A DNA stretch of 64,000 nucleotides, from positions 67,954,001 through 68,018,000 of the forward strand of contig NC_087437.1 in the NCBI RefSeq assembly GCF_036321535.1, read 5' to 3'. How positions within the stretch are numbered: the first letter of the stretch is position 1; each line of letters begins with the position of its first letter. A program made the translations under genes and the position numbers. This document shows positions 39,058-50,156 of this stretch, in pieces. The stretch comes from Camelus dromedarius. Its lineage: Eukaryota. Under the pieces are notes generated by a model that did no database searches, was not told the origin of the DNA, and worked only from the letters and a program-made list of their open reading frames with translations.

Positions 39058-42000
39058 ATAATATTAATAATGGGTAATACTTATGAACCCTGGTTCACTT
39101 TGTGATGGCACTGTTTAATATTAGTAAAAATATACTATTAGTATCTTTATTTTGTCAGTGCGAAAACTGAGTCAAAAAGAGGATCAGTAAGTTGTCCAAG
39201 GTGACCCAGAATGAGAATATTTTTCATCTATGTTGGGGTTTCGAAAACTTGTCCCATGGAAGCTGTTGATATTTTACTATTTCATACACAGTTAGGGAAG
39301 GCTTCAATAAGCAGCTGAGTTTACTTTATGATTTCATTGTCCAAATAGCTAAGCTCTCCTAGAAACACCAAATAGACAATAAAGCAGCATATATCTTTTT
39401 AAAAATAATCAAAGTATTTTTATACCTACAAACATGAGGGGCAAGATGACATTGGGGAAAACAGGGGGCGTGTGTGCTCAAGTTTTGGTTTGTGTAGGTG
39501 TTTTAATGGCAAATTCCAGTTCAGTGACAGCAGTGTTTGCAGAAAAGGTGCAGACTTTTGATATTGTGTCCAGGCTGTTTCCGACTGCTGCAGTGTGAAC
39601 GATTGGATACTTTGCTTTTGACAACCCTCGGTACCATTTTAGATACTTCTTGGAATGCTTGAAATTCATTCTTCATTTGTCCTTGTGGAACTCCACTCAA
39701 GAGACCCAGTAGAGGAGTCTTTGTTAAGTGTAAAACCATTGACAGGCTATACTTGATTTTCCTCTGAGATTTTTAAGGCACAATCTATTCAGCTCCCTGC
39801 ATTCGTGGAGAGGAGTGCCTCCAACACAAACATGTTTGTGAGGTAGCGTTATCTTTCACTCAGGAGCTGGATGGGCACAAAGGAGAATTGAAAGAAGGAA
39901 GTAACAGGATTTCTTCCCCTCTCCCTGCTAAGGCAATACGGGAAGCTGGATTCAGGTTCATTAATACCAATGAGAAATATTGGGTTTAGTCTATTTTTCA
40001 ATTCACTTAGCTTTCTTGTTAGAAAAAAAAAAATGAGAGGTTTGTCTTTGTCACATGGTGTGTCATGATTAATCAGATATATTGGATGGGCAAATGGTTT
40101 AATAGTTATTGCAATTTGTCATATCAGACATGGCTTATTATGCATTATTAATACCTAAATGTAAAATTAGTTAAACTGGGTCTGGCTTCTGTTCAAGACA
40201 GTTGTGTGTTAGCAGCAGCAAGTTTGAAAGAACCCCCACAGGGATGGCTTAACCAATATTACCTTACCCTTTTTATTTCAATATCAGGGCATCCACATTT
40301 GATAATTAAGTTGAGGAAATCTTTATTCAGCAGGAAGGCAAACAGCCATCTCAATTGAAAGGAGGAATCTTCAAGCTTCATTAATGTGGAGATCCAGGAG
40401 GTCACATAATCTAGAAAGGTGCTGTGTTTTTTTTTTTTCCCCAAAGCAAGGTGGAATTTCAGAGACATATTTTTAATGCATTTTTTATTTGCAAACCCTA
40501 AAATGAGTTTATTTTGGTACTTGTTTCCTTTTGCTAAATTTGGTGAATATACAGTTGTGTGTTTTTTTTAAACATGAGTAATAAATCTTGGAAGCTTCTT
40601 CAGAACTGGATATAATTGCAAAATAGAAATCATGTTAGTGTCTACACAAGAGTGAAGTTCACTTTGAGGAATGTGAGGGGATCAGATCTTTTCACTTCCT
40701 CCTTCAACGAGGAAACTGCCTTTGTCTTGTGTATCTGTTTAACATCCATTTTGTTAATTTCTCAGGTGTTTTACAGTCAAAGAAAGAGGGCTGTCTCAAT
40801 ATAGTGCAAACTGTATCTGAGGCAAAGGCTATCTGATTTTAATTGCTCATATCAATCCATTCTAAGGAGATGACCATCTCTAGTTAGGAAAGGTTCCACT
40901 GGTCCATCAGTCCAAAGAAGGCTCAGCACATCACCTCTCAGTCTCCTGCCCATTCCAAGCAAGCTTTTTAACATCTCTTGAATATTGAACTGTTCTATAT
41001 GTTATCATAAACAGATATATTCTTTTCTAATTGTTTGGCAAAAACCAGTTTCCTAAAATATTCATCATTTCATCTTCAATGACCACTTTTTTTCAGTCAG
41101 TTCATTTTGAAAACCCACTATACAATTAGAGAGTGGAGATAATTGAGAAGAGATATTGAGATATTGAGAAGAGTTATAATATGTGAGCCCAGTCCGCAAG
41201 GAGATCACAAGATACTTGGGGAGAGAAGGGAAAAAAAATATTTAAAGAGGTGGAATATACTTTCTGGTAAGTTTGGGATATATAAATTGTGTCCTATAGA
41301 AATACAGAGGAGACCAGGTGTGATTGGGGTTGTCAGCTAAGCCTTTAGAGAATAGGGTGAATTTGAACTTGAGCTAGAGGGTGGCTGGTATTTCATTGGG
41401 TAAAAAGACAAGAGAATACTAAGAAAGAGGAACAATATGAAGAAAGGGTTTGGACTATAGATGTAGTGTATGCCACAAAAGGTGATATATATGAACCTGA
41501 CTTGTTTAGAAGGTGGATAGAATAAGGTCAGGTGATGAAAGACTTTTAAAAAGGTTGGGCAAAGCAATTTGACTTCATGTGCTAGTCGATCAGGAACCCC
41601 TGAAAATTGTACTTGCCTTCAGAGAGTTGACAGATAGAAAGTAGGGATTCACCCAGAAGCAGTATAAACTGTCAGTTTTGAGATAGAAACTCAAGTTTGC
41701 ACTTGCTTAACACATTGGTTCTAGACTTAAGAGCCAAAGTGACCTTCTTTTATACAAAGGCCAAATCAACATAGAGTGTCTTCTGTTCTGTGAAGAGACA
41801 CAGAATCGTGATAGGCTAGTACAGTCATCACTGGACATCTGTAAATCCATCAGGAGTCTTAGAGGTTTCTTTTTCATTCCAGGAGAAATACCAAAGGAAG
41901 AGAACTATTACATATATATATGTAATTTTTTTTTTTTAACCAAAGCCTTTTTAAAAAAACTGTCTTTGAAATTCCAAAAGGTGATGTAATTATGCCATCC

Positions 42001-45000
42001 CATCAATGAAGTCTAGAACCACTTTGGCTATTGATGCTTAGAAAATGATCACTATTGATTGGACATGTCCCAATTTTAGGCCTGATATATTCTCTATGAG
42101 TTTGCATAAACAAAATTAAAATATCTCTCTGGAGGTGGTGTCATGAAAATAGATTTGCTGTTGAATATGGTAGCTTTGTTGTTGAATATGGTCATTTACA
42201 AAGCAACTGAAATCTCTTCTCCATGATGTATTCTCAGTGTACTTCACTTTGCTTATAGTGTGATAGAGAAAATGTCAGTAACATATATATTCATATTACA
42301 TTTCCAAGTACCCTTTCTGAGCCTTCTGCATATGCAGTCAGCCCCCCTTTTATACATTCAGCCGCCTTCATATGAAATCATCATGGCTAGATTACTTCTC
42401 CTAATTAATGATGGTACTTTTCTCAGTAAGATTCTGTTTTCTATAAAAGAAGGTTGTTTACAGTAAGAATCTTTTTTTTTTTTAAATCCAACCAGAACCC
42501 TATACAATTTTGAATTGAGATCCCAAGGAAAAATAATCTAGTAAGCCTAGTCCAATGTTAGTGGGTTATTTTAATCCCACTAACTTTGGAAATGTCTAAA
42601 ACTTAGACATTTGGAAACTTTAGAGATGTCTAAAATTTATATCGTCCAGTCCTTATTCCCCAGTTATTTCTCATTTCCAGAAGAAATATGTTACAGTAGA
42701 ATCACCGGATATTAGAAGCTTTAGGCTTCATTGCTTTGAAGGTTTCCTAACGGGTGGCCAGCAGCTTTAAGTTGTTTGCCATGAATTTTATATAGTTTTG
42801 TTTCAGCATGTAAACGTCTTTAGGTTAAGATGTAAAGGTAAAGTCTGGTTTACATCAGTCCTGAGCACCCCCTGGTACCTTTCACCTAACTGCTTCTTAC
42901 CTAATGTTACCTAAAGAAGTCATTTGTTTTTGTGTCTCTATAGAGATTCTCCTCTTTTTTTAAGTGATTAAAAATATTAGGCTCAGAGGGTGTGAAAGAT
43001 CTTCTCCAAAGTAATTCCTGAAATCTAAAAAAAAAATATGGAGTCTCTTCTTGGCTCAGGATGTGTTTAGGATGACGATCTAACACACTCTCCCCAACTA
43101 TGATCTACTTGATATTTTTCATGTGCATATCATTGCTATTTATTGCCATTTTAAACATAAGGAAAGCTTCAGAAAGTTGGATTTTATTAACATTGCACCT
43201 GCCATCTAAATTTAAACAAGCTCTTGAAGGTGATGTAAAATATTTAAATAAATGATTTTCTTTTGTTATTTAAAAAATTATTGTTGATGAGAAATGAATT
43301 CTACCCGGAGTCAGAAAAAGTGAACAATTCTCTTTACCTTTAATCATACCTGGATGGAACACTTTGAGGGGCTCCTGAGAGGTCTGACATTTGGTCGACT
43401 TGTGTGATTGGACCTAGTTCCATTAGGACGTGAACCTTCTGGCCCTTGAGACCCCTTGAAAGGGCCAAGCCTTTCAGAGTGTGCCCAGGACTTTTTGTTC
43501 CCCCCTGGGTTGCCTCCTTTTTCGAAACTCTAATGCCCTTTTTAAGGGGAAACTTTGAAGGATTATTTTTTATGGCTAGTTCACACTGAAAGTTTGGCAC
43601 AGACTGTTACAGAGAAACAGAGACTGGGTAAAAGGTGTAAAGAACAGATTGTTTATGAACCTCATGAGCTGTGAGAGACAACTAGCTTTGAATCTTACTC
43701 ATGCAATGTCTTCAGAAAAGTTGTCCCAGAACTCCAGGCTTCTGCCTCTCTCTTCTCTCACCATCCAGTACTGCTGTCTCCCTTCCCACAATAATAAATC
43801 ATCTGAATGCAAAAGCAAGAAAAAAAATAAAGAAAAAAAAAAGGTCCTCAGTGCTAAGAAAAGTGAGATGGCAAAGAAGACAATGAGGCGTTGGGAAAGA
43901 CATTGGTTCCAGAAATTGGATTCTAAGCATGTAGTGCCAGGATGGAGGACTTTTATTTAATTTTATAGAAAAATGTTCGGGTTATTTTACACTGAGATGT
44001 GAAATCTCATTTGCAGCTAAGCCCCGGAGGGAGTAAGAGGAACTAGGAGAGCTCATAAAGACAAACGTAATAGGATTAATAAGAAAAAGGCCGAAGACAT
44101 AAGCCTTTATTGTAGGAACTCCGCACTAAATTTTAGCATTGATGAAGGGTGAAGTGTCGATACTTATCCAAACATGTGTGCCTTCAGGCTACAACAGCTG
44201 AAGGATGGTGCCTTCATAGGTCGGTGCTGCTTGGGTAGGTTATCTGCTTTTCCCAGGAGAGAAGGCCATTCTGATAGAACAAGGAAAGAAAATCACTGCC
44301 TGGTAGCAATTCCTGAAACTCATTCAGAGAAATAATTCTCCAAATGTATTCTATGTAATTAAAGCAACATTTAGGATTGAATAATAATCCATTGAATCAA
44401 GAATTGGAAAGTCATTTGACAGTCTAGGGCCTGAATGTTAAATGATCTGTTTATATATTTATGGCTTGAAAAAAAAAAAAGAATTCTCAGTCTAAAGAGT
44501 CAATTTATATGAGAGCTCTAGGTCACTCCTGAACATGGATTATAGTATAAGGTGGTAATCAAATTGTCAGCCTTATAGTTGGTTCTTTTTCTTCTTTTAT
44601 AAAGGTCGATTGCTGCAAAATAATTTGGGCTGAAAATGTGGCTGCCGAAGCAATTTAAATAACTGTACCAAAGGGAACATCATCTAGTTATTTCAACTGC
44701 GTAGTCATACCTGTTTTCAGGGTAATATTTGCAGCACCTATTTTATAACTGGGAAAGAAGATGATGTTGACTCTAGGCTAACAGATAGTCAGGTGCTGAT
44801 AGTTTCAATCCCCAAAGGGCTTCATTCATTTTTCTAATTTATGGCACTGAATTGATTTTTTCCAGTTTTACTTCCCTAATAATATCAGTGCATTTTTTAA
44901 AAAGTATTATTTTAAAAGCAATATTAATGCCACCAAATTGACAGTTTAAGTGAACAGAAGTATTCTAGTTATCAGGGGAACCAGTTTGAGCATCTTATAT

Positions 45001-46560
45001 ACTATAGGTAATAATGCAATTTAAGTTTAGGAACAGTACCAGGGGTGAGAGGCACCACCCATCCGTCCCTAGCATCTTTGTGTATTTAGGTGTCAGGATT
45101 CGTATTATAATATACATGTACTATGACTACAGAAATATAAACTGTGTATAAACCAATATAAATTCTGGAATATAGAGATGTACATTTTAATTCTAGGTAA
45201 GAACGTATGTTTTCCTTGATATTAATATTTTTCAAATAAAATGATATAAAAATTTGGTCTTCTGGATAATCTGATACAATCTGATAATAATTTCAATGAA
45301 TTCATATTCAGTAGGGCTATCTCTATGGCTTTTATGCGATTATCTTAATGAGGTGGTGCCAATTAAGATGATCAAATCCTTTTTTCCATATTTTATTCAG
45401 CAATGCTTATATATAAATGGAAGGATGCCTGCTTGCAATGTAGGAAGCCTGCCTTCTAGTAGCGAAGCCTAGTCCTGAAGTGTCTATTGAAAAGGTAGTT
45501 TTGGGAACAGATTTTAGTTATTAGGGAGTACTGCTTCTGAGGTTTGGAGGTATAGAGTCCTTTTTAGGAAAAGTGGCCACTAAATTCTTTAAATCAATTT
45601 AGAGGAGTTCACTGAGAAAGAGGAGACCCTGAGAGATCCCGTTTTCCAAGTCTGTCTGCATCGTGGTTGTCATAATTATCGGGGTGACAAGATCTTTTTG
45701 TCATCACTATTATTCTCAACAACGTTGCCATCCTCAGACCTTAGACCCCCTGATTAAAAATGATCCCAGTGTGCACAGCCAAATCTATTAGGACCAAAAT
45801 ATTCAGTCTGACAGTTTCTTGTGAGGCTGTTTTGGCCTTACATGTGGATACAGGATCCAATGTTGTGAGAGTCCACCATGTGGTTTGGTTCTAAAAATGA
45901 ATCTCAGCCAATGTGAAGCAATGAATGTTCTGGCCTCACCATATTTATGCAGACTCAGCCATAGTCTTAATTTTACCGCTTTACTCACTGGCTTGTCCTT
46001 GTTGAAGATGGTAAATAAAAATGAGATTTGTTCCGAAATTCATCCATTTCCATTTAAGTGGGTCATCAGTACAGCCATGCAAACGACAGAGTCCTGTAAA
46101 CACCAGGCACTCTCATGACTGGTCTGCCTTAATAAGTCAATTGGAATGACTACATCCAATGCAAAAGGGGACACAGCGCAGAGTGCTAGACTCTTGCCAG
46201 ATCATACTACTCCCAGCTCTCTAATTTTGCTATGTTTTTATTTGAACTTCCTTTTCAACATTCAACCCTAATTACTCAGTACAATTCTCCTGAAAATGCT
46301 TTCTCTCTGTCCCTTTCTCAGCCAAACAATGACACTTTTTGATCTTGCCTTCCTTTCCTACCTTTTTTCCAACACTTCAGGACTCTTGCATCAACAGTCA
46401 ATTTAGGATAAGGCCCTGCTCCCTTCTTATTTGAATAAAGGACTCATTGAGAAATGAATGTTAGACCTGGTGACAAAGGAGAGAACTTGCATTTGGGTGC
46501 TTGCAGGAAGGAGTGAGCATCCACTCTCATCTATCACTACTGATTAGCTGCAGTATGAAA

Positions 46561-46586
46561 GAGACAGAGACAGAGACAGAGAGAGA
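46561..46586. repeat. (GAGACA)n short tandem repeat
   Basis: gagaca x3 followed by a ga run. Confidence 0.8.
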
Positions 46587-48334
46587 TAGGAAATAACAAA
46601 TGGATTTGGGAGAGAGGCTGGGCTTCGCTGCCTGGTTTTTCTGGCTCATCCATCATCTCTGTTGTGGCTGATAGGTGGTTCTGTCACTCCTGCCTCTGTC
46701 CTGCCCCCCAGAGAATCAGTAACTGTGACAGGCAGTTTCTGGTCCACAGTCCTTTCAAAAGCAACAGTATATTCAGCCCCTGCACACAATGCCTATGCAT
46801 CAGTGTCTTACTGTCTGATGTTTCTATTCCAGTTTACCTTAGGAAAAGTGTGTTGACGTGATTCTGGTCCATTCTCTCGGGCTGTGGCCTTGCCAGCCCC
46901 TCCTCGGGGCGAGTGTTGGCAGCGTGCCTGTCATGTTCATCTTGCCCACACAACCGATAGCCGACCTTACATAAAACATTTACAGGAGGTGGGGCAGGGG
47001 GTGGAAGGAGCCATACAACGTTGAAGCGATCCAAGTGTGAAATGGAAAGATGAAGAAAGTGCCATTTGTATCTGTCATCTGTTCTGGGTCTCACTCTTAA
47101 TGTGTTTCCTGTTTAGTCTCTTCTCCCCCTGCTTCTCTGCTTAGGCTGAGTCTTCCTCTGGGAAGACACCTCCGGAGAGACAGAGTCATGAGGCAAGAGG
47201 CCTCTTTATATATAACAAAAAGTTTTGTAGCAGAGAGTTCTGTTGACATTGTTTGTTCTCCAGGGGACTCAGCATAGCGTTCAGGCACGTCCATGTGAGT
47301 GGTTACCAGATCCCACAATTCCAACTTTGAAATGGGTGAGGGGGAGCATGTATGTTTCCATTCTGTGGTGGTTATATCTCTTGTGAAGGAACACCATACC
47401 GCTTTGTACCACTTAAAGCAAAATGATGAAGCCACTCTGTCAAGACACCATCACTTTTTTCACCCTGGTCCTTGGTTCCACTTCCATTTTTCTCTAAATT
47501 AGAGACCATAGGTATACTTATCTCGCAGACTGATATGAATTCTCAATCTTGGAAGGCTGACTCTTAAGTGTAGATTAGCTGTTGGTGTATTTTGCATTTG
47601 CCTTTACTCTCAGGGAATTTTTTCCTGGTGAACAAGACATGGGTGAGTTTCAATGAGAAGGAAGGGAAGATAATCACACTGTGTGCTTGCTATAAGCCAG
47701 ACAATGATGAATAGTATTTTCTTTTGGTCTTTACAACATCTGTGTGAATTGGGCATTGTGAGTTCTATCTTACGCACATGGAAAATGACCCTTGGTCATG
47801 GACAAACACAAAGCAAATGGCTTCTTCTGATCCTAGCCTGCCTACTGACTGTACTGTTATGGAATGATGCCTTCACTGCTTGCTGTACCCTTCAGCTCCT
47901 CATGCATTGTGTGCCTACTATATTAATTCTCTAGTCATCCTTTTGGAAAACACTCAAGGGCCAATGTCTTTTGGATTCACCTTCAAGAATTACAGATTTA
48001 ATTTTCAGCCTCTTCCCAGCTCAGGCAATTAGAAGATAAGACCATCAAATAAGGAGATTAAGGCTTGAATAAGTAAACTAGGACATATACATACAAATGA
48101 CTATTGTAGATGTCCAGATCACTTTTCTAGTAATGCTGTTATTGCTCATATTACAGAGATACTTTTTTGGGGGGTATAATTACATTAAAAATTACACAGG
48201 AAATAAATCTGGTTATTTTAAAATCACCCTTTATTTTTGACCCAACTGGTGTTGGCCAGATTGAGCAATCACAGTTTATTTATGGCTTAATTTAAGATAG
48301 CTTTTCTCTTTCCATAGAAACATTCTGGGTGTGG

Positions 48335-48555
48335 AGGTCCGAGGGTTCTGAGATTTATGTCTTGGCTCAACCACTTACCAGTTGTGTATTCTTGGGTCAG
48401 TTGGTTAGTATCTCTGATTTCCAGGTCTTTTAGCTGTGAAATGGGAATAGTAATATTTATGTTATAGGATACTCAAGGATTAAAATGATGTGATGTAATC
48501 TATCTTATAAATTTAGCATAGTGTTTAATACATAGTAGGAGTTAAATAAATGCCA
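48335..48555 (+). mobile_element. MIR SINE
   Basis: 'ccacttaccagttgtgtattcttgggtcagtt...ctgtgaaatgggaatagtaata...catagtaggagttaaataaatg'. Confidence 0.8.
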
Positions 48556-49488
48556 GATTCTACAGTTTAAACAAATGACATTTTTAATGACTAAAAATTC
48601 CAGAGAATGGATAATAGATGCTTTAAATCAGTATCAAAAGAGAAATGTGAAATTATCAAATGAGTTTGAAAAAAGGGTACAACACATGCGTAATAAAGGG
48701 TTCTGATTTGATTAGAGAAATACCTACTTGGATAAGAATTCAGTTCTATTATTTATGGCTAATTAGCCTCATAAAGCATATGCTGAGTGGGCAATAAAGA
48801 AGAGTGATTCACTAATTTTATGGTCTGTAGATAAATTTAGGGTAAGATTGGCTAGGAAATTTGTGAACGTGTACGCACAGTATATGAACATGAAAAGGAA
48901 ATTGTTATATTATTTACTATTTATTATTTTGTACATTTCAATGTTTTCATCATCAATGTGTGCATTTTAAATGGAAAACTCATAAAATAAAGGACCATCT
49001 TTTTCTATGCATGGTGCCCAGTGTGGAACCCACTGTGAGTATATTTGAGTAAACCTTCTATTGTGTCCAGTTATCTGACACTATGTCTTCCTATGGTCAT
49101 TTTTAAGGATGGCTGGCTATTTTAATCCTTTCAAGGACTTTGCTGGATTAATGAATAGGTAATAAATTACTCTCTATTCTGCTTGCCAACAGTCAGTTCA
49201 GGATACTGGGATACATCCATCTTTCGCCTACATACTCTTAGAGGATTGACTCCACTTTAAGAAAACACCTATATGATACTTTACATTTACAGGTACATCA
49301 AGGGCCAATGTTTATATTCTAAAAAGACACATCCCAGTATGTGTGTCCATATGGTATCTAAAATAAACATATCTAGGAACACAGTTCTAGTTTTGAAGTG
49401 AGAAATGCTTGCTATTAAACTCCATCATCATAACAGCCATTGTTGCACATTTTTGTGACACTAACTCCTGATCCTCACACTGTATTTT

Positions 49489-49624
49489 CATCTGTTTTTG
49501 TTTTTGTTTTTTGGAGGGAAAGTAGTTAGGTTTACTTATTTATTTGTTGAGGCGGTACTGGGGATTGAACCCAGGACCTTGTGCATGCTAAGCGTGCACT
49601 CTTCCACTTGAGCTATACTGGCCC
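49489..49624 (-). mobile_element. tRNA-Ala-derived camelid SINE (vic-1 type) with 16-bp TSD
   Basis: The minus strand has an A box (TAGCTCAAGTGG), an AGC-anticodon-like loop (cttagcatg), a B box (GGTTCAATCC) and an A-rich tail. The TSD cctcacactgtatttt is at 49473-49488 and 49625-49640. Confidence 0.9.
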
Positions 49625-50069
49625 CCTCACACTGTATTTTTAAATCAGTCTAGTTGGCATATGTATATGTTTTTCACTTCTCATGTCCGGATTTCTCATA
49701 GGAATTTTATGCCTCTGGTTGGAGGGTTCAAACTAAGGTAAGATAAACTGGCAGGGAGATGCCTTCACAGGTTTAGGCTGGTAAAGAGGAAGTCTCTTGC
49801 TGTGGGTAGAGTTGCTCTGCATGAGGCTGTGCCAGACTTGGAGGTGTGTGTAAATCTGCAGAAAGTGTGGCAGCCATGGGGCCTGAGAACTCACTCCTTC
49901 CTCCACTGTGCCTACTTACTCGGGGCTGCCATAGTGTTTTCCTGAGGTATCACATCAAGTGTCATAGGAAAATAAAATCCTTAAAACTGGACCAACCCAG
50001 GAACCAAGAGAAGGCAACAGTTGACTGAGGTGGTGATGGCTGTGTATACCAGGACCCATTTATTTTTAC

Positions 50070-50156
50070 TGTTTTAAAATATGGCCTCTAGAAAGTTGTA
50101 AATGACATACATGGCTCCCACCTTGGGCTCCATTATAATTCCTTTGGTCAGTGCTC
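50070..50156. mobile_element. MER3/MER33-like hAT-Charlie terminal fragment
   Basis: 'aatatggcctctagaaagttgtaaatgacatacatggctc...cattataattcctttggtcagtgct'. Confidence 0.6.

Noticed and set aside
39680..39697. SGVPQG reverse-transcriptase-like motif in a minus-strand ORF
   Set aside because: It is followed by QMKNEF rather than SxLGPxLF, and no other RT motifs lie nearby. Treated as chance.
41804..41815. 12-nt match to the miR-155 3' half (aatcgtgatagg)
   Set aside because: The seed region is absent and there is no precursor hairpin.
45325..45375. miR-135-like start (tatggctttt) near a ~12-bp stem
   Set aside because: The sequence diverges after 10 nt, and the small stem does not contain it as a pre-miRNA arm.
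49550..49624. tRNA-Ala(AGC) gene
   Set aside because: It is the head of a SINE: the acceptor stem is imperfect, and it has a SINE tail and a TSD.
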